DNA of 63,977 nucleotides, the filler included, from Thelocarpon superellum (Eukaryota): the NCBI GenBank assembly GCA_026025795.1. It is 12 parts of 12 records of this genome, joined end to end, with 100 filler letters (N's around TTAATTAATTAA, not from the genome) between each part and the next. Parts side by side here need not be neighbours in the genome. Positions count along the whole stretch, not along the records: positions 49,087 to 54,156 come from JAPEUG010000720.1; positions 54,257 to 59,315 come from JAPEUG010000721.1; positions 59,416 to 63,977 come from JAPEUG010000743.1; 9 more parts are not named here. One strand, given 5' to 3'. This document shows, in pieces, positions 49,732-62,795 of this stretch. The position numbers were made by a program, and so were the translations under genes. The notes below the pieces were generated by a model that was given only the letters and a program-made list of their open reading frames with translations, was not told the DNA's origin and searched no databases. Every line of letters starts with the position of its first letter. Within the stretch, counting starts at the first letter, position 1.

Positions 49732-50768
49732 ATGGACGGCCTGCTCTTCACCCCCTCCGCCTTCCCTCCTCATCTCCGCGGTAGCTCTCGACTTTCACCT
49801 AGTCGATCGGGTCAGTCTCTCCCGCCCAGGAGGATGTTTGGTCTCTCGCCACGGCTACTGACGACGGCACAGGTCCCTCGTCGACGACCACGATGAGCAG
49901 CCGGAAACGCAAGGCCGACGACGATGGCGTCGACCACCATCCGGATCGTCTTCGTTCTCGCGAGTCCAGCAGCAGCGGGGATCCGGATGAGAGGATGTCG
50001 GCATCGCCGTCGCAATCCCCAGCCATGGCCCCACGATCGCTCGCACGACCTCGCCACAAGAGAACGCGACCCAACGTGACTGGTCGGGCGCTGGCACTTC
50101 CACGGCTCCTTGAAACCATGGACGCTCCGGCCCTGCGGATCGTACTCCAATCCCTCTGCGAGCGGCATCCGGAGATTGGGAGCGAGGTGACACATACCGC
50201 CCCACGACCGACGGTGCCGTCGGCGCTCGACATCCTCAACAGCTATGAGTCCACCCTGCGAGCATCCTTCCCGTTTGGAGGCTCGTCGACCTCCAACTAC
50301 GCCTACGATCGCGTGCACCACGCCCTCGTCGATCTGCTCGACGCCCTCGAAGACTTTACCCCTCACTTCCTACCACCGAACGAAACACAAGCCACAACGT
50401 CCTTGGGCTTTCTGGACGCCGCGACGGACATCATCCATCGATTACCGTCGTGGGATGACCGGACACACAACCACCACAAGACCTCGGCCTACGAAGAGAT
50501 GTCCAAGGCCTGGGCGCTGGTGATCCGCGAAGCGGGCAAGCGAGGCGCCGGGTTCCAACTGCAATATGGCGGATGGGACCAGAAGCTCGCCAAACACAAC
50601 GAGCTTGCCGACGGCCGCATGCACGGTGCCGTCAACGAGCTGAAGTCCAGCCTGGGGTGGATGGGTAACGGCCAGCCGCCAAACGTCGAAGAGGGGGGAT
50701 CGATCCGACAACAACTCCTCGCCGGGACCTATGGCGCCAGCCCGCCCGTGCGAGTGGGACCGTGGTAG
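49732..50768 (+). CDS. STS1: Nuclear proteasome tether Sts1/Cut8; exons 49732-49810, 49873-50768
   Basis: [54 protein letters not shown]; upstream exon [23 protein letters not shown] joined by GTCAGT..TACTGAC..CAG intron. Confidence 0.93.
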
Positions 50769-51332
50769 CCGTGGACCAGACTCAATGACGACACACGCGA
50801 GGGGTCCTGATGATGATTGATGTGCGCATTCCCGACATGCAACCGTCGTGAGCGTGGTACGTGGCGTGCGCGGGAGGGTAATTTAGCATTTGCAAGCCGG
50901 CGTCTACATATATCCGTCATCCATCCATATATACATTGCACTCGCACATGAGAGAGGGAAGACGGAGAAAAGGAGAAATTCTTGTGGTGATCTGGGCTGA
51001 CTTGTGTCTATTTGCTTTCGGATGTTGAACCTTGCTTGCTCTGGCTTGCCACTGGCTTGAATGCGTGAAGGGTGAGTGAACGAGTGCGGATGTGCTTGGA
51101 TGCTCGAGCGCTCGATGTTTGATGCTTGAGCGTTTCGTCCTGATCATGAAGACCGTTCGGTTCGCTGAGTAGATGCTTATGAATGCAAACGATGATGATG
51201 TGAAAGGTCAGTAATATTGATAGTATGTATGTATGCCCGATCTAGATCTGCGTGTAGTTATCCCTCTCTCTATCTCTCTATGTGAAGGTATCCAATCAAT
51301 CAGGCGCTCAATCAAGGAGAGAAAGGGAAGAG

Positions 51333-52563
51333 TCACAGTAAGATCTTGCTCGCTAGACTGAGAAGATACGCAGCGTCGCGCCATCCGCCCTCTCCTTCTC
51401 CCTCGCCCCCTCCCACTTTTCCTCCGTCTCTCTCGCCGTCTCCTGCGCTTTCGTCTTCTTGGAGGGGGTGGTCGTTCGGAGAGATCTGCCTAGCGCCTTT
51501 TTCGTCCTGCGCGGTCCCTGAAAGGCTGTTGTGGGGTGGCAGTGGAGGTGATGCGGCGGGCGTTGCGTCGTAGATCCCTGACTCATGGACATGCCCACCG
51601 TCCAGCCTGGTCTCGTCCATCTCCTCCTCGTCCTCTTCGTCTTCCACGACATCGCCGGCAAAAAGCGACCAGCCGACAAAGCGATCAATCCACCCTCCTA
51701 ACCCTAACCCCCTTTTTCGCGTCAGCCGGCTAAGTTCAAGGTCATCGTCTGCTTCCTCGTTGTACAGCTCTTCATCTGCGTCGACAAAGTCCGGCTCGGC
51801 GATCACTTCGTCGTCGAAGTAGCTCCCGGTGTCGTCGATGTTGCCGTCGACATCGGCCGCGAGGCCTCGTCGTGGGGTGCGCGAGCCGAGGGGCGTCAAC
51901 ATGAAGTCCGCTCGGGAGCCGACGCGTGAGCCTCGTCGGGACGCAACGCGGGAGGTCATGGCAGAGGCGGGGCGGGAGAGGGAAAAGCGCGAGTCGCGGG
52001 TCGAAACGGGCGAGAACTCGTCGTCGGCGAAGGAAAAGCTTTCTCGGCTTTCGACGTGGTCGACGAGACTGGTGGAGCTTGCGCGGCTCACCAGCCAGCT
52101 CTGTCCTTTGGACTCACGCGCCTCCGCTGAGATGGCGGCGCCAGCCCGGAGGAGCCATTCGGCCGGCTCGCCGCCTTTGCGGCTCGTCTTGGGCCGGACG
52201 AGGTGGGAGGAGGATTTGGACTTTGGGAGGCCCGTGTTCACTGTGCGAGGAAGACGGGTCGACGAGGGGCTGCGTGAGAGAATGCCAGGAGTCGTAGGGG
52301 CCTACACGCCTCGGTCAGTCGTGATCGGATTGCGATCGGAGGAAACGCACGGATTTGCCTGCTAAGTACGAAGTCCGTCGCTGGTTGGCCTCGGCACCGG
52401 GATCCTCGTCCTCGCCGCCAATGGGAAATTTGGGCGTGAGAGGGGCGAGGGACAGGTGAGTGAGGTTGGTGGTGGATCGGCGAGAGTGGCGGTTGAATGT
52501 GACAGACTATTGGGTGGATTAGCTTTGTTGGAGAAGTTATGACAAGGGGTGGCATGCCTCCAT
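51333..52563 (-). CDS. DUF3984-like conserved fungal protein; exons 52563-52558, 52506-52351, 52301-51333
   Basis: RRSTTNLTHLSLAPLTPKFPI, SYLAGKS|APTTPGILSRS, EWLLRAGAAISAEARESKGQSWLVSRASSTSL, GGWRDAAYLLSLASKILL; first intron model needs a GC donor. Confidence 0.8.
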
Positions 52564-53291
52564 TGTTGCTCCCACTTGATATATCTCAGTCACATCAATC
52601 CTCGGTGCCGCTTGGCTGACTTTGATACGTTGAGGAGCTGTAGTAGATGGGAGCATTCACCGCACCTCATCATCTTACCGGCACTGGCCTTGGCGAGACA
52701 GGCCGAATCTTGCTCGTGCGTCGCGCTAAACCTTGGGCTCCTGGTCTTCCGAAACCTTGCTTTATCCGGCTTGTCCTGGTCAACTGCACCATCCCTTGAC
52801 AGCTCTGTTTACAGTTACCGTGGACAAGTACTGTCCATGCCTTTACACTAGAAAGGACGCCTTTTCAGTCCAAGCATTATATCTGTCTTGGTCTCGTGGA
52901 CATCTCTCAATGCCAGAAATCTGGCCGATTTGAGCGACCGCCGCACGTAGCCATCTGGGCAAGTCGCGCGTCGACAGCACAGCCTGTTGTTGAGGAAAAG
53001 TGCGTCAACCACAGCACACGGTACTCAGGGTAGGACAGTGTTGCATGAGGCTGTACACAGAGGCGAAGAGGTGGTGTGACCACTGTTGGTCCTTAAGGAT
53101 GACACGACGGCCCAGGTCAATGAGGGAGAGATAGCGCTGGACCTGGATGCTTCCCATGGAACTGAGGATGTCGTAGGGCTATCGTAAGACCATGGGTGAA
53201 GATGAGAAAGTCGGATCGATCTACTTTGCTTGATAGAACACAATTCACGCGGCCCGAACTTCTCGATAATATCTCAAGGCCAGACTGGTCT

Positions 53292-54156
53292 TCATTGAAC
53301 GTTGCCGCGGTTGACCACGAATGCCTCGATTGCAGCTTTCGTGCGTCAGCTAGGTCACTCAACGGAGATGACAGGATAGCACTCACCAATGGCGGCCCAC
53401 AATCGATTCTCGCCTTCGATAAACACCAGTGATCTCGGGCTGTAGAAGACGTCGTCGCTGACTTCTTCGGAATGTCGCGGAAGACAGTGCATGAACTTCC
53501 AATGCTTCTTGGCCCCGCCCCGGGCGGCCAAGTCGCTCGTCACCTGGAAGCCGTCAAAGTCTCTCAGTCGTTTACCCTTCTCCTCTTCCTGGCCCATGGA
53601 CACCCAGGTGTCCGTGACGAGCACATCAGCGCCCTTGACAGCCTCTTCCGGGACCGTTGTCTCCGTCACTTGGCCTGCGTGCGGCACCCCCTGACCGGCC
53701 AGCTGAATGATCTCTCTCATCTCGAGAGGGATCTCGTAGCCTTTGGGCGTGGCCACGGCGATGTCGATGCCCAGCTTGCGGGCACCAATGGCGAGATCGA
53801 AGAGCACGTTGTTGGCGTCCCCGACCCAGGCAATCTTGAGCCCTTCCAACCCGAGTCCGGGACTGGGTGATCGGCTTGGCTCCGGCGCGGATGGGAGAGC
53901 TTCGACGATGGTGGCAAAGTCGGCAATAGATTGCAAGGGATGATACATGTCCGACAGGGCGTTGATCACGGGCACCGACGAGTGCTTGGCCAGGTCGGCT
54001 ACGTCAGAATGCGGGCCAACGCGCGCGACCATGGCAGTAACCATGGATGAGATGATGACGGAGGTGTCGTAGAGGCTCTCGTTGACCTACGCACGAAGAT
54101 CAGCACGGCTACATCAGATCGAGGGGAATCACAAAAGAAGCGTCATGGCATACACC
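53292..54156 (-). CDS. ARG3: Ornithine carbamoyltransferase, 3' part (5' lost at contig end)
   Basis: G|VNESLYDT, VINALSDMYHPLQ, AWVGDANNV, TDTWVSMGQE, FMHCLPRH, ENRLWAAI|AAIEAFVVNRGNVQ*. Confidence 0.96.
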
Positions 54157-54256
54157 NNNNNNNNNNNNNNNNNNNNNNNNNNNNNNNNNNNNNNNNNNNN
54201 TTAATTAATTAANNNNNNNNNNNNNNNNNNNNNNNNNNNNNNNNNNNNNNNNNNNN
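54157..54256. other. Artificial contig spacer
   Basis: N44-TTAATTAATTAA-N44. Confidence 0.99.
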
Positions 54257-54545
54257 AGGACATATTAGGCGCCATGCTGCCGACAGAGAGCACACGCTCA
54301 GGGCCAGCAACAAGCAGACAATCCCTCTACTTCTAGACCGTTGGATTTGTGGACTTTGAGGAGGGCCACATTCGCAAACTTGACGGTCGACATGGTAGAT
54401 GTCTTGGCCGGTGATTGGTTGAAAGACGTATTCAATTATTACGTCAGCAATATTGGAGCTCGAAAGCTTGGAGATTGTTGTTTCCAGGTGCCCGAGAGAC
54501 AAAAGCGAAGCTTCAGAGTCTGCCAGTAGCAGGATCAGTCGTAGC

Positions 54546-56921
54546 ATGGCAGCCTCGAGAGGTGCTTCAGGCCTCTTTGACTCTCGAGTCGCCCCAAGGG
54601 TCTGTCCCTGGGCCCCATTCCTCGTCACTAGGCCGCGATGCATCGTCCAAGCTCGATCGCCGCGTCCTCGTGGGCACACAGCGACTCAACGGAGTCGAGA
54701 AGGCAGGCGAACGTCCCCCGCTCCACCGTGGAAGCAGGTCAAACTTCTCGGGAGGACCGTTGACGATGAAAAACTGCAAATCGCGCGAGAAATGGTCCGC
54801 ACCCTACACTCCAAGGAGGACCCCCACTGACTGAGAAGGACATAGCTCGAAGCCTTCCGGACTGATCTCGCCGCGGCCCGACTTGAAGACGCCATGTCAC
54901 GTTATGCTTTATTGGTGGAGCGTGGGATTCTCTTTCCCCAAGATACCCGCGAGTTGGCACGAGTGCTTCACAATTCCTGGCGTCACTCCTCCCCAGGACT
55001 GGAGCAGCAACAGCTCCAGACATGGGTCGAGACTCTCGCTCGGGATCTACGACGCAAAGCAGTGCCAGCTGATCCGGGAGCGAGCACCCGTCTCCTCTCC
55101 TTCTACCGTGATGCAGAAAGCTACGAGCCGGCTCTCGAGTTCTGGGCGTGGGCGAAGCATCCAGACAAGAACCGCGCCGATGCTCGCACCTATGGGTCGG
55201 CCATTGAACTGCTGGCGAAGCAAGGCACCTCATTGCATCGTCTGGAAGAGCTGTACCTGCAAGCGCTCAAGCGCTTTCCGGGCACTTTTAGTGAATACCA
55301 TCTGTCTCCTAACGCCATCCTCCTGGACCGAGGTCAGCCGACAAAACTGTCTGGAGTGTCGATGTCGCTCTTGCAGGGCATCATCACTGCCCGACTTCAG
55401 CATGGCGACTGGCGGAATGCCTACCTCGGGCTTGACACGGCCTTGCGCTTGCATCCGACGCAGCTGCCGAGACGTGTCCTCGAGTTGTTCGCCTTGGCTC
55501 GCCCGTTGCCTGAGAAGTACACGGTCATCCTCCTAATGTGCCGCTCAGGTATCGTCCCATCGGCGAAAACGTTGACTCTATTGCTCAACAGTCTTGCCCT
55601 GGCGCAAGAGAGTACGGACCAATGGCCCGGTCCCATCAGCTTCACCAACATCACGCTGAGCACTGCCATGCTGTCGGCGTGGCAAGCATTCATAGGTGCT
55701 GGAGGCCAACTGGAAGTCATCCACCTGAACTGTGTGCTTCGTGGTCTGCTCGGCATACTTCCTTCGTCGTCCAACATAGCCAATAACAACCTCGCGCCGC
55801 AGAAGCAGGAGGTCGAAAAGCTGGTGCTGAGAACCGTTCGCGACCTCCGTGAGACCTATGGACACCTTGGCATTCCGCTTGAGCGATCGACGTTTAATCT
55901 TCTCATCAGCATGGGCGACAAGCTCGGGCGGAGTGAATTGGTTATTGAAGGGCAGGAGAGACTGCGGACATCTGGGCTGAATGTTCCGCCCGAGTCGTTC
56001 TTAGCGTTGATGCGTATCGCTGGGGGCCAGAAAGAGGCCAGACTCATCCAAGAGAGCTGGACGCAGCTTCTCGGTGCTCGAACGTCAAGGTCCGACCGGG
56101 ACATGCAGTCGCTCATCGATATCCGGGACCGAGACTGGCATCATTTGGTGGAAGCCTGTGCGCAGAGCAATTGCTTGGATTTTGCCGAGGAGCAGCTGGC
56201 GGAGACAGAGAGCCTTGAGACAAGCCTCTTGACCCCTCGGGCGCAGGACGGCCTGAGAGAGGCCCGGTCGCGGTTGACGGAGAGTACGACACTGGGATCG
56301 AAAGCCAGCGCAGCAGCGGACACGGCGACGAACGAAGGAATGTCCATGGATGCGCTCGGCATGGATAATTCCAATATGACTTCCGGCCTTCGCCGGGCCA
56401 TCGACGGAGTTCGCAGTCAGATGCTCATGACGACGCTGCGTAACTTCCACACGGATCCCATACCCTCGAGCGCGAGCTCCGTTGACACATCAACCTCTAA
56501 CGAAGCATATCGAGCCCTGTACGACCGAGTCACGACGGATCAGGTCCACGACGTGACTCGGCTATCAGTTCCCGCTTCCGGTTCTGCGCACGACGCGACA
56601 CCTCCAACCACTTCTCCTGCAACGTCTTCAACTGGCTTCCCTCTCGCCGAACTCCGCTTTGAGAACTGGAAGACTGTCAACGATCTACTCGTCCTCGCCG
56701 AGGAAGAGAGCCATAGCCAGCAGATTGCAGCGACGCAGAGCAGCGAGCGGGACGACCTCAAAGACGTCGCGAAGGCCGATGTAGCTGTGGCTGCTACACG
56801 TCAGACGATTCAAGAGCTACTCGGCGGCAACGCCCACAGAACCGCAGATCGGGCATATTTCGCGAGGGTACTACGTCTCAGAGGCTTACACGAGATACTT
56901 CTTGAAGGACTACGATTTTAG
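54546..56921 (+). CDS. Probable mitochondrial PPR-like alpha-solenoid protein; exons 54546-54794, 54846-56921
   Basis: Arg-rich presequence-like exon 1 joined in frame via GTCCGC..ACTGAC..TAG intron; PPR-like segments (DARTYGSAIELL, GIVPSAKTLTLLL, ERSTFNLLISM). Confidence 0.7.
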
Positions 56922-57113
56922 CGTGTTGTAATCAATCATGACTTCGTTCCATCGTCCTTGTCTTATGAATCATGGCTTGCGTTTCGGCGACACGCCGCAT
57001 CTGCTATACATCTGAATCTCGCCTTCTTGAACATCCACGTCGCTCAGACGCAGACGTGCACTGGGAGCTTATCGGAACCAAAGAGAAAACTGTCATAGCA
57101 GACACGGTGGGAC

Positions 57114-58178
57114 TCATGCCGTGATTCCCTTCTCCTCGGCCTGGATCGGCGTGTTGAGTACCTGATCCTTTCCAAAGACTGGACCGGGATGGGCCACATT
57201 CAGTGCAAATGCCGCGACGATGATCATGCTACAAACGGCAGGTAGTTAGCATTGGGTCCAGAATAAAGAAGCAGTAGTAGGAGGAAGCTCACCTTCCCTC
57301 GAGTGCAATGAAGAGGCCTTGATTGCTGATCAATGGGCCATTGTAACCATCACTGAGCTCGTCGATACGATAGCAGCATCGAATGAGGATACACACGATG
57401 GCGAGGGTGAGGAAGACGACGAAGATCTTGAAGGGCCTCGGCAGAGGCGTCTCACGCGGCGTGACGCGTTGGGCCCGCAAGTAGCGAAAGGCGTACTCGA
57501 GCGCGAGGAGGGAGAAGATAGTCAGGGTGAAGACCTGAAAGGCGAGGCCGGCAATGGCCACGTTCACGCCCGCTTGGTTGCTACCTGACGTCGAAGATGA
57601 GAGTCCTCCTCCCGCCGCCTGCAGGGTCAGGGAAAGGATGTCGCAAGGGATGAAGATCCAGTAGTACAGCCCGGGCGAGAAACGGGAGTGTTCGCGTCCG
57701 AGGTAGAGTATGCTGTTCCGAGACTCGAGTCAGCTCGAGGTCCTCGGCTGTCTGCTCAGGTCGCTCAACCCACATCTTGGACAGTGTCAGGTAGATGGCG
57801 GCTGAGTAGAAGGCGGGTCCTATGGTAATGCATACTATTCGCTGTCAGCTGGTCCGTCCCACACAAATGGACCAAGGCCTGCTTTGACATACTAATTTGC
57901 AAGAGGAAACCAGGGAAGGTGAAGGGGTTTTGCCAGAGCATGATGCGTCCGCCGTAGCCAAGAATCTCCACGATGGAGCCGCAGACCATGGTGATCATGT
58001 AGGGCCACGTGCGCCATCGAACACCTTGGATGATTTGCAGGATCATGGCAATGCCGAAGAGCACGAGGAAGGTCGTGTTGGCGCCGAGAGAGGGTCGATA
58101 GCCATAGATGCTCTCTGAGGGATCGCAGAGTGCGAGTGTGCAATTCTCATTCGGGCCATAAGTCACGTAGTTTGCCAT
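57114..58178 (-). CDS. RTA1/Rsb1-family 7-TM lipid-translocating exporter, 4 exons
   Basis: CTLALC..SIYGYRPSLGAN, EILGYGGRI, IFIPCDILSLTLQAAGG, AGLAFQV, ILIRCCYRIDEL, LEG, HPG. Confidence 0.93.
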
Positions 58179-59315
58179 CGTGGCGATGAAGCTGGACGAC
58201 GGAGCTGGGGAGCCGCGCAGCAAGGAACCTCTTGTGGAGAGTCTGCAAGCGGGACCCTTGGACGAGTCGATGTGAGATCACCGGGCAGAATATGGTCAAG
58301 GCGACGAGTGTTCAATTGAGCTGGTGGATTATGTGCAAGGGTGAAGTGGTCGGTATAAATATTGGACACTACCGCTCGAAGCATGGTAGAAGATCATCAA
58401 CACCTCAGCTTTCACTTCCTGTGACGCGTACAAAGTCGGGCCGACTCTGCCACCGGCCGTAACGGCGAAAGGGAGATCTGCCACGCTTTGTTACCTATCG
58501 CGACATGAAACGGGCGGCAGGCTGCTGGTCTGCAAAACGTCAATGTCATGCTGCCGCACGGCCGTACGTGTCGGGCTCGCACAGCGGGTAGCTGGCAATA
58601 CGAGCACTGACCATTGGTGGCGGAGCTTGGATCGGCCAATGAGCCTGGAGACGGTGAGCGAGATAAGGAGCTGCGGAGCCAGATCGGACAAGCTTTGACA
58701 CGCCAACACGACCGAACGGGTGCTTGTACATGCTGCATGGTGCTGTCTGATGACGATATTGACGTCCCATACCAGCTCACGTCAGGTTACTACGGCCGTA
58801 ACGTCGTCGTCGAGCTGGTGGAGAGGCGACGACCCGGCTCCGCTCGCCACTCCTACAACTACTAGTGTAGTAGTTAAGCTCGCGCCTGGTCTAGCGTACG
58901 TCACCATGGACCCCGGGAAGCTACCATGACTGATCCCGCCGTTCGATGGACGGCGTCGCAAGGCTGACAGTCCCTAGGCCATCCTACACTGGCGGTATGC
59001 CCGCCAGCATGATTTCCGTTCTCGGCCGTAGCTATCTTCCATCAGACCACTCCAAGTTCCGCCCACTCCTTGACTAGTAGTTTCATGGATAGTGGGGAAG
59101 TAGACTCGACCTGTGCAACAACGCGGATGCGTACGACGACATGCCTGTCAGTGAGCTAACACCTGTGCCAGTTCAGATTCCCAAATTAACGGCATCTATT
59201 CGCGCTGGGTTCGTGATACTGGTGCGGGGTGCAGCGGTTCAGCGTGGATACCTCGCAGAATTCCCGTCCGACATCTTCCACGTGTCGACGGCTTCGCTCC
59301 GAAGCTACCTCCACC

Positions 59316-59415
59316 NNNNNNNNNNNNNNNNNNNNNNNNNNNNNNNNNNNNNNNNNNNNTTAATTAATTAANNNNNNNNNNNNNNNNNNNNNNNNNNNNN
59401 NNNNNNNNNNNNNNN
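59316..59415. other. Artificial contig spacer
   Basis: N44-TTAATTAATTAA-N44. Confidence 0.99.
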
Positions 59416-59840
<425 letters not shown>

Positions 59841-59975
59841 CTACGAAACCAAGGACGTGAGAGGCCTCATGCCGAAGACGAGGCTGGTGAAAGTGCAGGT
59901 GATGCGAAGGCGGTGCAAGAGGGGAAATCGTCGTGGAAGTGTCAAGTGCCAAGCGTCGACGTGACACCGTCACGA

Positions 59976-61100
59976 CTAGCTCGCGTCCTGAAGTTGCAAC
60001 TTCGGTGGCCAATGGTATTCATCTCCGATCCGCACCCATTCTTTCCGCTGTGGATTCCACGAATGTCTGGTTCGACCGTCAGTGACTCTTCTCCACTCAA
60101 CTGCCTCGCTCGTCGTGTCTCACCCTAGATATTCCGTCACGAACAGCGCCTTGCGCTCGTACTCGTCCATCAAGATGCGATCGTACGCATATGGAATGTT
60201 CACCGGGACTCCCTCGTACGTGCTCTTTCGCAAGGGATACAAATCTCTCGTCCAGTAATGATGGAAGTTCTTGCAGCTCAACAAGCCCGGGTCCGTGTCG
60301 GGATGGGTCTCGCTGAGGCCGGTGATGTCGATGAATAATCCGTTGCTCATGTCGATCCATCGCGCGTCGATGATGTTCATCCCGTCGCCGCGGTCTCGAA
60401 AGGCCGCCCACGGGTTGACATCGAGGTAGTATTCGCGCCGCGCCTGCCCATCCAGTGGATCATAATGGTGTCGCGTGGCGTTCATGTTGAGCCGCATATA
60501 GTCCAGCGTGGGTCCGGCGACCTGCACGTCAATGTCCCAATCCCTATCTCTTGTCAATCACGTCGCAAAAACGGGGCTCCGGCCGTGCCTACCATGGTAA
60601 CATCTTCCCATTCCACCACCATCCCAATAATGTCCCGTGTGCAATCCACGTCTCCAGTCCGCTTTCCTCCATGGTCGAGAGGTAGGATCGGATCATGTGC
60701 CGTAATGTCTCCTCTCGTGTTTCGTTGGACACGATCCCAGAGAAGAATCTATTCATCGTCAGCTTCGAATTCTTCTTTGGCGCCTCCAATCCCTACCTCT
60801 GGTCATAATGATGCAGATTATCCTCCTCGCTACGGCCTGGTCAGTCCGGATCCACCCACCACCGCATCTGGACATACCCTGGCTCATCTATGGCGCCGTT
60901 AGCGTACCTGCCTCCCCGAGATGTCCTTCGATCCACTCACGAAAATATTTGTTCCGTTCATCTGCAATTGGCTCCGACTCGTCCAGGATCACCTCGGGTG
61001 TCGACGTGGCGATCGTGATGCCTCCATCTGATAAGGGCGACGCCGTCACGCGCAGGCCGGAAAGCGACACGACCATGGCGATGAGGAATTCCAGCTTCAT
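59976..61100 (-). CDS. LicD/fukutin-family (Mnn4-like) phosphotransferase, 6 exons including a 10-nt micro-exon 60887-60878
   Basis: Signal/anchor peptide; spliced KYF|HEPG|EEDNLHHYDQR|FF, TWIAHGTLLGWWWNG..LPW|DWDIDVQ, NIIDARWID..GLFIDITG, CKNFHHY..LYPLR..YEG. Confidence 0.92.
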
Positions 61101-62690
61101 CCTGAGCGATCGCGCTGTACCAGACTATCGCGACCACGACCGGAAGAGGTGGCTCATGAAGAAGTCGTGACCCAGGCGATGACCACCCCACGGACCAAAC
61201 ACACTGCCTGCACCCTTCCACCGACAGGCCGGACTGGAGAGAGCTGGATCTAGTTCACTTTCGACGTTATCGGAGGACGGTCGAGGTATCGTTGAATGGC
61301 GGGTGAAGGTCGCGACGAGTAGAACAGGGTCGTATTGTCTGTTGCTTGCTCAAGACGTCCACCCAGCCATACGATCTCTCCACCACCAAGGGTATCTGTT
61401 GTGGCAGCTGGCGCACGAAAGAGGGCAAGCGAGCGACCGGGCGGAGGGGGTCGGAGGAGGGCAGGGAGGTGATGTATTCGTGTGCAACAACCGTGGCCGA
61501 TGAATGCGGAATGTAGGAGGCGGCGGGAGTTGCGACTTTAGGAAGTAGCTCGCGTGGCCAGCGCCGAGAAATCGCACCCACGCCGAGAAGCAGAGAGATT
61601 GCGGGGAGGCGGTCCAGAGGAAACCGGCGCTCTTGCGGCCGACAGGGATTGGACCGTGGCGGACGCTCGCACACTTGTGGGTGGCCCTCGAAGCCAGCTA
61701 GCTAGGAGCAGATTCCCCGTAAGGAACTGCCACGCTGCCAGTGAGATCTGCACACTCGTCGTGTGCATACGCACTCCTTTCCGGCTCTATCTAACCTCCC
61801 TGCTTTCCTTGTGCTTCTGCTCGTGCTCGGGCCTTACCCGGCTCCCAGATACGCATGGTCTGACGGGTGACGCGCGGCCGCAAGACAGCCGAACAAGGTT
61901 TGAGCCCGCCCTTGCGAGGCTCCCGGCGTTTCTGACCTCACCGATCGTCCGGCAACGTCACCTATGTGTGGATCTGACCCCAACTCCCGGTGTCGGCGGT
62001 TACGACGGGAGCGTGTACGGGTCGAACAGTCTCTGGGACAACTCTGGACTGGAAGGATCTGAGAATGGCTTCCGGCCCGGGATCTCACCAAGAAGCCTCT
62101 TCATTGGATGTCTTACAGGTCTCGAGACGAGAGACGGACTAAGCGCCAACCCTTTCGGAATTACCGGCATCCTGACGCATGCTTGTGTGGGCGTCTTCAA
62201 CAACCGTGACACCCATTTTACACCTCGCATCCCAGCGCCGTGGCACTTACAAGTAGATGATGAGCCTCATAAGTCGTCAGTGGACGGCCCGACGGACGGC
62301 ATGATGGCTGGAAGGGGGGGCAAGGGCCGGACGTGGCTTGGCGTGAAGAATTTGGCGGCGTCAGGCAAAAAGCATTCGGTGTCGCGTGCGCCTTTCCCCT
62401 TCGTGGCGCCGTTCTTGGCGACTTTCATCTGAAGGTGCAAAAGGTGTCGCGTGCCTTCCTTGGCGACAGGGTACACTGGGGAACCATAGCTGGAAGCGTG
62501 CCGCACTTGCCCACCTACGAGTACCAGTATGTCGTACAAGTAGATGTCTTGGCACGCCAGGGGGACGGGGGCACCCTCCCGTACAGTTTGCTGTGAGCTA
62601 GATGTGTCGGGAGTGCAGTCTTCACCATGCCTTGGTGCCAAGCGAGGGACTACCCACTTCGTAGTCCCTCACTACTCATGCGACTATCGT

Positions 62691-62795
62691 CTGGTGCACC
62701 AATCCTACCAGTCGTCGCCCACGTTATTATCTCGATGCCGCCTGGTGCACCAATCCTACCAGTTGTCGCCCACGTTATTATCTCGATGCCGTCTG
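62691..62795. repeat. 51-bp tandem duplication (2 copies, about 2 mismatches)
   Basis: ctggtgcaccaatcctaccagtYgtcgcccacgttattatctcgatgccg at 62691 and 62742. Confidence 0.92.

Noticed and set aside
61554..62641. ORFs 61554-62432 (+), 62000-62230 (-) and 62267-62641 (-)
   Set aside because: No recognisable motifs or clear codon bias; a lineage-specific gene cannot be excluded without RNA data.
62691..62795. CRISPR-like direct repeats
   Set aside because: Two abutting 51-bp copies with no spacers, no cas genes, eukaryotic context.
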